A DNA stretch of 64,000 nt from a virus (taxonomy: Duplodnaviria; Caudoviricetes): IMG/VR virus record IMGVR_UViG_3300032038_000021, positions 32,001 through 96,000 of that record; one strand, written 5' to 3'. A program made the translations under genes and the position numbers. Below, piece by piece: positions 41,201 to 51,200 of this stretch. The first letter of the stretch is position 1; every line of letters begins with the position of its first letter. The notes under the pieces were generated by a model. The model was given only the letters and a program-made list of their open reading frames with translations. It was not told where the DNA came from and did no database searches.

Positions 41201-42782
41201 TTAATACTACATTGCCAGATAAAGGTACCATATTTACCACATGGGATCTTTCTCCCTCCGTACTCAATGTAGCATTATATAAGTATAAACTTCCACCATG
41301 AGACGAAGAAACTGCAGACGAATTATCTCCGGTGGTCTCTATAATAGAATCATTTACAGAAACACTAGAACTATTATAAGAGGTAACACCAGGAGATCCG
41401 ATACCTTCTGTAGTAATATAAGTCTTATTAGCAACAGTAACATTACTTTCATTTACGAATACAGCAGCATTATTACCATATTCATTCGCATCATATTCAT
41501 TACTATTACCAGACTTAATAACTCTTGATGTAGATAATATACCTGAGGTGGAGATATATTCACAAGCGTGCTCATTATCATTTTCATTGGTGAAAGTATC
41601 AATATATTCTACTTCACCTTCATCTTCTTCTCCACCCTCTTCTCCTTCTGGAATATATTTATAACCACTTACCCAAAGAGTATATCCGTTAAGGTTTATC
41701 GTTGAGGTTTTATCTAACGTGAGTTTAGAGATATAAGCATCACCAGTAAGAGACCAGAAACTATTAATAAGAGTTACATTAACAGTTCCAGATTGTCCAG
41801 ATTGATTTATTCTACCAGTATAACTACTATTCGATTTAAGTTCTAAATTCAATTCAGAATTCTCGTCTACTTCTATTATACCTGATAGAGTCTGATTAAT
41901 AGCAGTAAATTTAGTTTTACATTTACTACTAGTAGTATTAATAACAGATAATAGTTTATTATAACCATTATTTAGCTTTACTCCAGTAAGATTAATCTCA
42001 CCGTCAGCATTTTGTACTTTAAATACTGTAGTATATTCCGGTCTGTCTATATTGATAGCACCACCATTAGCAGTAAACGTACCACTAATCTTACCAGATT
42101 CAGATCCAATATATACTCCAATAAAATCTTCACTATGATCTATAATATCATCTTCATCCTCAGGATAATATCCAGAAGCATTAATATTGATTGTAGATTC
42201 TTGGCTATTGATAATAGCTTCATCGCCAATAATATGAAATCCGTCTGACATATTAGACGACATATTATCTACGTTAAAGAAGTTAAGATCAGATCTTACT
42301 ATAGCGATAGGAGATTTTTCACTCCTGGTTATAATATTACCACCTCTTACAGTAGTAGTATAACCGTATATATCCAAAGCTGCAGAATTCTCATAATTAC
42401 TTATAATATCACAATTATAAGCTTCTACAGATCCGCCATAAGTGGCAATTACAGGAGAATTCTCATTATTCGTATAGATAGCACTTCTATAAACAATAAG
42501 TTTTGTTTCTACATCTCTACCAAATATAGCAGGAGAATATTTTCCATTACTATCTATATAGCAATCATATAATGTAAGATTTGCTCTATTCTTAGCAAGA
42601 ATAGCAGCATTAACGCCCGTAGAGGGCGCTAATGCAGAATTTGTATCACCAGATTTTCTTACTCTTACTTTATTATAAGAAGTATAAACACCATCTGCTG
42701 TAATAGCATTAGTGTCATGATCTCTAGAAGTATATACAGCATCATAACTAGAGTCTGGATTAATAGTGATCAAATCAGGCAT
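38298..42782 (-). CDS. Large beta-helix (autotransporter-passenger-like) adhesin/tail-spike protein
   Basis: 1494 aa; repeated KSGD/NAA(V/I)L units and W(S/V)LT.D(A/S).I caps. Confidence 0.7.
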   Translation of the reverse strand: MPDLITINPDSSYDAVYTSRDHDTNAITADGVYTSYNKVRVRKSGDTNSALAPSTGVNAAILAKNRANLTLYDCYIDSNGKYSPAIFGRDVETKLIVYRSAIYTNNENSPVIATYGGSVEAYNCDIISNYENSAALDIYGYTTTVRGGNIITRSEKSPIAIVRSDLNFFNVDNMSSNMSDGFHIIGDEAIINSQESTININASGYYPEDEDDIIDHSEDFIGVYIGSESGKISGTFTANGGAINIDRPEYTTVFKVQNADGEINLTGVKLNNGYNKLLSVINTTSSKCKTKFTAINQTLSGIIEVDENSELNLELKSNSSYTGRINQSGQSGTVNVTLINSFWSLTGDAYISKLTLDKTSTINLNGYTLWVSGYKYIPEGEEGGEEDEGEVEYIDTFTNENDNEHACEYISTSGILSTSRVIKSGNSNEYDANEYGNNAAVFVNESNVTVANKTYITTEGIGSPGVTSYNSSSVSVNDSIIETTGDNSSAVSSSHGGSLYLYNATLSTEGERSHVVNMVPLSGNVVLNGGSYTAKGEGSAAINIDRENTGTIRISDSIIRSDLDNGINVNGVQPGAISISGSSIYANKYGINVVDYNNDHNNITLDISNTYMNSYGAEDSANIYINSAEVTINLTNCNLYGGSIFRVVNNSIVYLNVSAGYLSGGIYVDNTSTLYINLMENGNLVGFINTIDTAEKINIVMRDGDWVLTQDSFITNLDIDKYSNINIGERTLYVNRVASDFIVGSVVHYTSEDNTISEEDVVIIEKTTVGENTTFTLYDTDDRITYNDVSRDRLVFTGKIIDIDPILQLIDEMARDESAGVVESGDTVVTSTSNKHSLLVDGTAVELEDIHIKKSGDSKFTDDISNTTVLVTNGGNLTLKNSDINSKATYANGIISIGEGSIVNATNVEVLTESINSSAAIAMDKGVIKGDNLNLSTTGPKSFGARVEGDGFLDLENSTISVAGVGSNGIIVKDSDITLKSVTITHDRSIAPIDISGECNIILSGGNISDNSSEIATGGLYIHNERSTDPVYPDGYDEDDNPPHDDEGDTPTPPPVPIDPDIYVLRGAYHYTVDYDLDGGVYTNSIAGVDNPDVAVDEIVIWVSLGALGYIDNATIIRSNDKSTGGKNSERYGVGSAVLISNGGLEISNTTINTLALGGNALFAYSAASHIKADSVNISTLESESAGLQVADGGIIEANSTNVTAGTNTSVESPAIRVSKGGGSIKVDHGTYYTGGFDSPAIVNNGGVITVDNANLTTVASELIDIIGAGEVEYNNTISTFNHADDSDNDCSYGIGMYQINDFITDSGICKFTSNGGNIRSKHGGIFYITNTEAEINLSYTNIIRDNSSDFFIRVTGNSGKKNRGTPGSNGGKCIVNMSSQLVTGNVYWDSLSTLTINLTNVSELTGAIINDESFNGGAVGSEGYCDLNIDNNSKFIVTGNCRLRNITNNSNSLIRDNNDKIVTIVNTNNTLIIEGNSDYVISIASYSGITEES

Positions 42783-42830
42783 GTATATACCTCCTTTCTA
42801 TTAGAAGAGTCATGATTCTTCCTCCTCTTC

Positions 42831-45800
42831 TTAATCTTCTGTAGTATCAGGTTCAACAGGAGTGGTAATTTTAATTCTTTCTGCATATATATCTGTAGAA
42901 TTATACTCTACATCAGGATCAGATTCTGCAGCTTTGGTAAATGTGCTATTATTTACAACATTTACTCTATCTATCTGACTATATGTTTTTCTGGAATATT
43001 CTCCTAATCGATAATTGTACGTAGATCCATTATAAGCATATTGAGTATCCCCGTCAGTATGATCAAGAATCTCATCGTCATCTTCACTACCATAATCGGC
43101 AATATCATCCAAATCGTCAGACTCTTCTCCATACTCGCCAACAGAAAGTATTTGTTTAACTCCTCCTTGCCTAGTAATCATAAAGTCTTTACTCATATTT
43201 ACAACAGATTCAGGATCTTCATCTTCCACATCTTCACTACCATAATTAGACAAATTAATAGTATAGATAGATCCGTCATTTCTAGTTACTATAATATCAT
43301 CTTCAATATCATCCCCAGCTAAACTGATATCTTTGATAAGATTATTATATCCTATAGTATTAAAACTAGCCCAAGTTCCATCTCCTCTAAGGAAGCTAAA
43401 CGTTCCAGCATTTGCTCTAGGAGTTATACCAGCTGATGCCGTAGATAAATTGGGTAATTGTCCCCAAGTTCCATTAGATCTAAGATAATAATTCGTACTA
43501 GCATTATTTGGAGATGGGACCAAACCATTATTACTAGTAGAAAATGTACTACTGATATTTGCGGTAAATGTAGTACCGTCACCACGAGTAATAATGAGCT
43601 GATTTGGATCAGCATCGCTCTTTACTATATTCTTTACATATCCATCTATCTGATTATCAGAAGTATCATATTTAGCTTTATTTACAGTACCATTAGTAAT
43701 AGCATCACTAATAGCCTTCCTTGTCATTGTACCATCTGTACTGGTACCAGTAGAAGAATAAATCTTTACTAATCCTTCACTACTACTGGTAGCACTACCA
43801 TAAGTAGTATTATTATCCTGGGTAGTAATAGTAAATGTAGATCCATCTCCTTTGGTAAATGTAACTGTTTTACCTGATACAGAAGCGTTCTTGATATAAG
43901 TGGTATTAATAGTATTACCACCACTATCCTTTGTAGCAGCTGCAGCAGTACCGCTAGTACTAAGCTTGCCATCTAACTGACTCTTAATGGCACTCTGTGT
44001 CATTGTACCATCGGTATTTGTACCAGTAGTAGTATATAATTTAGTTAATCCAGCAGCTGCCGTTGTACCAGTGCCGTAAGTAGTATTATTATCCTGAGTG
44101 GTGATACTAAACGTAGACCCATCACCCTTAGTAAAAGTAACAACCTTACCAGATACTTCAGCATTCTTAATATAAGTGGTATTAATGGTATTACCACCAC
44201 TATCTTTAGTAGCTGCAGTTGCGGTAGCAGTACTATTAAGTTTACCATCTAATGCAGATTTAATAGCATTCTGCGTCATAGAACCATCTGTATTTGTACC
44301 AGTACCAGTATAAAGCTTAGTTAATCCAGCACTAGTAGAAGTACCTATACTATAAGTACTATTATCATTCGTATCTTGAGTAATAATAGTAAATGTAGAG
44401 CCATCTCCTCTGGTAAATGTAACCACCCTACCATTTACACTAGCATTCTTTATATATGTAGAATCAATAACCTGATCTCTATTATCTTTATTTGCAGCAA
44501 CTGCTGTAGCAGTACTATTAAGCTTACCATTAATAAGAGTAGACAATTCACTTTGTCTAATAGTACCATTCGTATTTGTACCTGTTGTAGAATATAATCT
44601 GGTTAATCCAGAGTATGTAGAACTACCTACACTATATGTACTATTATCATTCGTATCTTGAGTAATAATATTAAACGTACTACCGTCACCTTTAGTGAAA
44701 GTAACTGTAGTTCCATCTATTTGAGCATTCTTAAGATATGTACTATCAATTACTTGATCTTTATTATCTTTTACAGCAGCTACTGCTGTAGCAGAAGATC
44801 CAAGTTTATTATCAGTAAGATCAGTAAGAATAGTAGATAATTCTTTCTGTCTAATAGTACCATCTGTATTAGTTCCGGTAGTAGTATATAATTTGGTTAA
44901 TCCTGTATTAGCAGTATTACCGGTAGCATAAGTAGTATTATTATCTTGGGTAGTAATAGTAAATGTAGATCCATCTCCTTTTGTAAAGGTAATTACTTTA
45001 CCATTAATACCAACACCACTGATATAAGTATTAGCAATATTATGATTATTACCGTCATTATTAGCAGCATAAGCAGTACCAACTGTACTAAGCTTACCGT
45101 TTAATAAATCTGTAAGATTCTTTTGATCTATACTACCATCTAAGTTATTCCCAGTACCACCATAGATCTTAGTTAATCCTAATGTGGTAGAAGTACCTTG
45201 AGCATACGTAGTATTATTCAGATCAAATTTGAAAGTAGATCCATTTCCTTTCTCCATTGTTATTCTATTAATATCACTGGAGAAGGTGGCTCCAACTAAA
45301 CCATTATTCTTTATACTTAATAATTCTTCTGATACTTTCTTCTGGGTGATTGATCCGTTTGTATTACTTCCAGTAGTACTATATAATTTTACTAATCCTT
45401 CTTTATTACTGTCTACAACAGCTTGAGCATATGTAGTATTATTATCCTGAGTAGTAACTTTGAAAGTAGAACCATTACCTCTAGTAAAGGTAACTGTAGT
45501 ACCAGATATTTGAGCATTCTTGATATAAGTATCAGATATATTTTGTCCTTCAGCGTCTGCTTTTGCTCTAACAGCTGTAGCTGTTGTGGCTAATTTGGTT
45601 TCTAATAAATCTGTTGTAGCTTTCTGATTAATAGCACCAACAGTACTACCTCCAGTACTAGGATAAAGCATTACAAAACCAGCAGAAGCAGAAGTAGCTA
45701 TTGTAGATTCATCTACCTTGGTATCCTGAGTAACAATACTAAACGTACTATTATCACCTCTAGTAAATGTAACTACTTGACCATTTACATTTACATTCTT

Positions 45801-46976
45801 AATGTACGTGGTATCTATCTGCTGGTCAGCACCATCATGAATAGCAGCTATAGCAGTATCTCCAACATTCATTTTACTATTAAACGCTGAATACAATGCT
45901 GCTTGTGTCATGGTACCGTCCATATTCACACCAAGAGAAGAATATAATTTTACTAATCCTAAATTACTAGCAGTAGCCTCAGAATATGTGGTATTGTTAT
46001 CTACAGTCTCTATATTAGTAGTATTCCCATTACCCCAAGTAATGGTAAAGACATGACCGTCTAGAGAATTCTGAGTGATAGACTTAATATAAGTATTAGC
46101 AATATTTTGACCTTTACCGTCAAATTCTGCACCATAAGCAGTAGCACCAGTAGACATTTTTCCATCCAAAGCTTGTTTAATAGCTTTTTGTGTCATGGTA
46201 CCATCTTCATTATTACCAGCTTCTTTATATAATCTGGTTAAACCTGCATAAGTAGAATTACCACCAGAATAAGTTGTATTATCATTAGTATCCTGAGTAC
46301 TAATGGAAAATGTAGATCCATCTCCTCTGGTAAAAGTTACAATTCTACCATTTGCTAATACGCTCTTTATATAGGTTTGATCTATCACATTACCTTTATC
46401 GTCAGCAACAGCTTGAGGAGCTTTACCATCCTTAGTAGATACTTTACCGGCTAATAATTCTGTTATTGCTTTCTGGGTAATTGTACCATCTGTATGATTA
46501 CCAGATACAGAATACAATTTAGATAATCCAGAATATGTAGAATTACCAGTAGAATATGTAGTATCTAAGTCTTGTGTATTTACAGAAAAGGTAGAACCAT
46601 TCGCTTTATAAAATATAATAGAATGGTTACCAGAAGATACAGCATTTGTAACAAACCCGACATTGCCAGGAGTTGCAGTTCCATCTGTTACATAAGTCCA
46701 GTTTAAATTTACTGGATCGTAGTGATATAACTGATTGGTACTGATCGCATAATATATTACGGGTTCAGGATTCTCAAGAGCAAAAATTTCAGTCTCAGTA
46801 TCATATATGACAATACCAGACAGAGGAATTCTTCTATCGTCTATATCTGCGTAAAATTCATCCGTATCCATACAGATATTTAGAGATCCGTTTTTAAAAG
46901 CTGATTTATTAAAATTGGCTTTCGAACCTCGTCGGAAAGAAAAATCCACATTATTAAGAAGAGTATTATCAGCCAT
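42831..46976 (-). CDS. Long Thr/Ser-rich repeat tail-fibre protein
   Basis: 1381 aa, about 11 copies of the YIKN..V.G..VTFT(K/R)GDGSTF...GL.KLY...DGT.TQ repeat. Confidence 0.8.
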   Translation of the reverse strand: MADNTLLNNVDFSFRRGSKANFNKSAFKNGSLNICMDTDEFYADIDDRRIPLSGIVIYDTETEIFALENPEPVIYYAISTNQLYHYDPVNLNWTYVTDGTATPGNVGFVTNAVSSGNHSIIFYKANGSTFSVNTQDLDTTYSTGNSTYSGLSKLYSVSGNHTDGTITQKAITELLAGKVSTKDGKAPQAVADDKGNVIDQTYIKSVLANGRIVTFTRGDGSTFSISTQDTNDNTTYSGGNSTYAGLTRLYKEAGNNEDGTMTQKAIKQALDGKMSTGATAYGAEFDGKGQNIANTYIKSITQNSLDGHVFTITWGNGNTTNIETVDNNTTYSEATASNLGLVKLYSSLGVNMDGTMTQAALYSAFNSKMNVGDTAIAAIHDGADQQIDTTYIKNVNVNGQVVTFTRGDNSTFSIVTQDTKVDESTIATSASAGFVMLYPSTGGSTVGAINQKATTDLLETKLATTATAVRAKADAEGQNISDTYIKNAQISGTTVTFTRGNGSTFKVTTQDNNTTYAQAVVDSNKEGLVKLYSTTGSNTNGSITQKKVSEELLSIKNNGLVGATFSSDINRITMEKGNGSTFKFDLNNTTYAQGTSTTLGLTKIYGGTGNNLDGSIDQKNLTDLLNGKLSTVGTAYAANNDGNNHNIANTYISGVGINGKVITFTKGDGSTFTITTQDNNTTYATGNTANTGLTKLYTTTGTNTDGTIRQKELSTILTDLTDNKLGSSATAVAAVKDNKDQVIDSTYLKNAQIDGTTVTFTKGDGSTFNIITQDTNDNSTYSVGSSTYSGLTRLYSTTGTNTNGTIRQSELSTLINGKLNSTATAVAANKDNRDQVIDSTYIKNASVNGRVVTFTRGDGSTFTIITQDTNDNSTYSIGTSTSAGLTKLYTGTGTNTDGSMTQNAIKSALDGKLNSTATATAATKDSGGNTINTTYIKNAEVSGKVVTFTKGDGSTFSITTQDNNTTYGTGTTAAAGLTKLYTTTGTNTDGTMTQSAIKSQLDGKLSTSGTAAAATKDSGGNTINTTYIKNASVSGKTVTFTKGDGSTFTITTQDNNTTYGSATSSSEGLVKIYSSTGTSTDGTMTRKAISDAITNGTVNKAKYDTSDNQIDGYVKNIVKSDADPNQLIITRGDGTTFTANISSTFSTSNNGLVPSPNNASTNYYLRSNGTWGQLPNLSTASAGITPRANAGTFSFLRGDGTWASFNTIGYNNLIKDISLAGDDIEDDIIVTRNDGSIYTINLSNYGSEDVEDEDPESVVNMSKDFMITRQGGVKQILSVGEYGEESDDLDDIADYGSEDDDEILDHTDGDTQYAYNGSTYNYRLGEYSRKTYSQIDRVNVVNNSTFTKAAESDPDVEYNSTDIYAERIKITTPVEPDTTED

Positions 46977-47099
46977 GATTATTATCTTCCTTTCATATTT
47001 ATAGTTACACGAAACAAATAACGATATTTAATAATATGTGCAAAGCTAACAAATATAGCAAATTCTCAGTAGAATTGTTTATCCTACTGAGAATTCGTA

Positions 47100-48185
47100 T
47101 TATAACTCACTATAATTGTCTAAATAATCTAAAAATTCCATTAATCCCATAGAAGGAATAGTTGGTCCTGTTGCTATAAAAGCTGATTTACTAACCTGAT
47201 AATATTCCCTAGCATTATTAGCAGCCAGTATATCATAAATGTCTTGATTAGTAAATCCAAATCTTTGTTTAATATTTATCAGTAAATCTTTAGCATATTC
47301 TAGATTTTTTCTAATATAATTCTTAGGATCTTTAAACATAAACGACTGTATATAGAAATAACAATAACAAAGAATATCTACTGTAGACTCTATACAATAT
47401 TCTTTACTAATATTATTCCTATCATAGAAATCAAAATATACATCCGCAGTAGAATGTATATAATCTTTAAATAGATGCTCTAAGAAGGTTCTATTACCAG
47501 CTTCTGTAGTATATTTATGACGGGTAATAGATGTAGGAACAGCATACCAAACGTAAGTATAAATATCTACCCCCATTGGATCTCTTCCTAAACAATTCAT
47601 AATAGAATTAGCTTGAGAGCATATATAAATATCTTCATGAGATCTTATATCTTTCTCATAATGCATATCAAACTGATCCCACATATTTATTTTATTATAG
47701 AATTTACCGTGAGTCCATCCAGTACATCCTTCAAATTTATTTATAATATTTCTTGTAGATTTCTCCATCTCTACAAAATTAGTAATAACGTAAAACTGTT
47801 CGTTATTATCTACAATAGCTTTCTTTACATCATTAAAAGTATCATAAACAAATTGATCGTCATGATCAGCAAACGTCATCCATACACCTTCAGCATATTC
47901 TGATCCTCTTTGTCTTGTATTTCCGGGACCAAAATTATAATCTGTTTGTACTCTCTTTATACAGATCTTATCTAAATATGGTTCCAATACATCGTCATAC
48001 GGTTCTGTAGAATGATCGTCTGATAATATCACTTCAATATCATCTCTCATATTTTGTCCAACAATAGAATCCAATAAAGTTGGTAGAAATTTTCCACTAT
48101 TATAACACGGTACTATTATACTGAAGAAAGGTTTATGTGGTAGTGTTATAGAAGGAGTACCATCGAATTTGTTTTCAGTATTCAT
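47100..48185 (-). CDS. Glycosyltransferase family 2 (GT-A fold)
   Basis: FSIIVPCYN, EVILSDDHS, GPGNTRQRG, FADHDD, HEDIY motifs. Confidence 0.9.
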   Translation of the reverse strand: MNTENKFDGTPSITLPHKPFFSIIVPCYNSGKFLPTLLDSIVGQNMRDDIEVILSDDHSTEPYDDVLEPYLDKICIKRVQTDYNFGPGNTRQRGSEYAEGVWMTFADHDDQFVYDTFNDVKKAIVDNNEQFYVITNFVEMEKSTRNIINKFEGCTGWTHGKFYNKINMWDQFDMHYEKDIRSHEDIYICSQANSIMNCLGRDPMGVDIYTYVWYAVPTSITRHKYTTEAGNRTFLEHLFKDYIHSTADVYFDFYDRNNISKEYCIESTVDILCYCYFYIQSFMFKDPKNYIRKNLEYAKDLLINIKQRFGFTNQDIYDILAANNAREYYQVSKSAFIATGPTIPSMGLMEFLDYLDNYSEL

Positions 48186-48287
48186 AAAAACCTCCTGATA
48201 TATAATATAATTATCCTATTGTGTAAAAGCTATAAAAATACCAGAGGTATTTTATACCTCTGGTATAATAGTAAAAATTACATTATA

Positions 48288-51200
48288 TCAACCTTCATCT
48301 CCGAAATCTATTAATACATTTGTACCAAGAGAATTTGAACTGGTACTATTATTAAGAACTTTAGCAGATGCAGCTGTACCACTTGTGCTAAGCTTACTGT
48401 CTAACTGACTCTTAATGGCTTTCTGTGTCATAGTACCATCTGTAGCAGTTCCAGTAGTAGTATAAAGCTTAGTTAAACCAGCAGTTGCTGTTGTACCAGT
48501 ACCATACGTAGTATTGGTATCCTGAGTAGTGATACTGAACGTAGATCCGTCACCCTTTGTAAAAGTGATAACCTTACCAGATACAGAAGCATTCTTGATA
48601 TAAGTTGTATTAATAGTATTACCACCACTATCCTTAGTTGCAGCCGCTGCTGTTGCGGTGCTGTTTAATTTACCATTAATAAGAGTAGATAATTCTTTCT
48701 GTCTAATAGTACCATCTGTAGCAGTTCCGGTAGTAGCATACAATTTAGTCAATCCAGTTGCTGCTGTTGTACCAGTAGCATAAGTGGTATTATTATCAGT
48801 ATCCTGAGTGGTAATAGTAAATGTACTTCCGTCACCCTTAGTGAAAGTAACCACTTTTCCAGATACACTAGCATTCTTAATATAAGTGGTATTAATGGTA
48901 TTTCCACCACTATCTTTTGTAGCTGCAGCAGCCGTACCACCAGTGCCAAGCTTACCATCTAATGCAGATTTGATAGCACTCTGCGTCATTGTACCGTCTG
49001 TATTAGATCCAGTACCAGTATATAATTTAGTTAATCCAGCACTAGTAGAAGTACCTGTAGAATATGTGGTATTGGTATCAGTATCTTGGGTGGTGATACT
49101 AAACGTGGAACCGTCACCCTTGGTGAAAGTAACCACCTTACCAGATACAGTCGCGTTCTTGATATATGTAGTAGTAATCTGCTGATTAGCACTATCCTTG
49201 GTAGCTTTGGTAGCAGCTGCTGCAGTAGCACTACTATTAAGCTTACCGTCTAATGCAGATTTAATAGCACTCTGTGTCATGGTACCATCTGTATTTGTAC
49301 CAGTAGCAGTATAAAGCTTGGTCAATCCAGCAGTTGCTGTTGTACCTGTAGAATATGTGGTATTAGTATTAGTATCTTGAGTTGTGATACTAAACGTAGA
49401 TCCATCTCCCTTGGTAAACGTGACAACCTTACCAGATACAGTCGCATTCTTAATATAGGTTGTAGTGATCTGCTGATCAGCACTATCCTTGGTAGCTGAA
49501 GCAACAGCACCATTAGTAATAGCACTCGTAATAGCACTCTGCGTCATTGTACCGTCTGTAGCAGTTCCAGTAGCATCATATAATTTAGTCAATCCAGCTG
49601 CTGCTGTTGTACCAGTACCATACGTGGTATTGCTATCTTGAGTAGTAATACTAAATGTAGAACCGTTACCCTTAGTAAACGTAACAGTTCTACCAGATGC
49701 AGAAGCAGTCTTAATATAAGTGGTATTGATAGTATTGCCACCACTATCCTTTGTGGCTGCAGTCGCAGTAGCACTACTATTTAATTTACCGTCTAATGCA
49801 GATTTGATAGCATTCTGTGTCATCGTACCATCTGTAGCAGTTCCAGTAGTGGTATATAATTTGGTCAAACCAGTAGCTGCAGTTGTACCTGTACCATAAG
49901 TGGTATTATTATCTTGAGTAGTGATACTGAACGTAGATCCATCAGCCTTGGTAAATGTAACAGTTCTACCAGATACAGAAGCATTTGTAATATTAGCATT
50001 TAAGATATCTGACAATTCCTTCTGTCTAATGGTACCATCGGTATTAGAACCGGTAGCAGCATATAATTTGGTTAATCCAGTTGCTGCCGTTGTACCAGTA
50101 CCATACGTAGTATTGGTATCCTGAGTAGTGATACTGAACGTAGATCCATCACCCTTAGTAAAGGTAACAGTTTTTCCACTAGCACTAGCATTCTTAATAT
50201 AAGTAGTATTAATCTGCTGATTAGCACTATCATTAGTAGCCTTAGTAGCAGCTGCAGCAGTACCGCCAGTACCAAGCTTACCGTCTAATGCAGATTTAAT
50301 AGCTTTTTGTGTCATGGTACCATCTGTATTTGTACCGGTGCCAGTATATAATTTAGTTAATCCAGCACTAGTAGAAGTACCTGTAGCATATGTGGTATTA
50401 TTATCTGTATCTTGAGTGGTGATAGTAAACGTAGAACCGTCACCTTTCGTAAAGGTAACTACCTTACCAGATACAGAAGCATTTACAATATTGGCATTTA
50501 ATATGTCGGTTAATTCCTTCTGTCTAATAGTACCGTCAGTATTAGCTCCAGTAGCAGCATACAGTTTGGTCAAACCTGTAGCTGCTGTTGTACCTGTAGC
50601 ATAAGTAGTATTATGGTCTGTATCCTGAGTAGTGATACTAAATGTAGATCCGTCACCTTTAGTAAACGTAACCACTTTACCAGCTACTGTAGCATTCTTG
50701 ATATACGTGGTATTGATTGTATTACCACCACTATCCTTTGTGGCTGCTGCTGCGGTACCACCAGTGCCAAGCTTACCATCTAATGCAGATTTGATAGCAT
50801 TTTGTGTCATTGTACCATCGGTATTAGTTCCGGTAGTAGTATATAATTTAGTCAATCCAGCAGCTGCCGTTGTACCAGTGCCGTAAGTAGTATTATTATC
50901 CTGAGTGGTGATACTAAACGTAGACCCATCAGCCTTAGTAAATGTAACAGTTCTACCAGATGCAGAAGCATTTGTAATATTAGCGTTTAAGATATCCGTC
51001 AGTTCCTTCTGTCTAATAGTACCGTCAGTATTAGCTCCAGTAGCAGCATACAGTTTGGTCAAACCTGTAGCTGCTGTTGTACCTGTAGCATAAGTAGTAT
51101 TATGGTCTGTATCCTGAGTAGTGATACTAAATGTAGATCCGTCACCCTTGGTGAAAGTAACCACCTTACCAGCTACTGTAGCATTCTTGATATACGTGGT

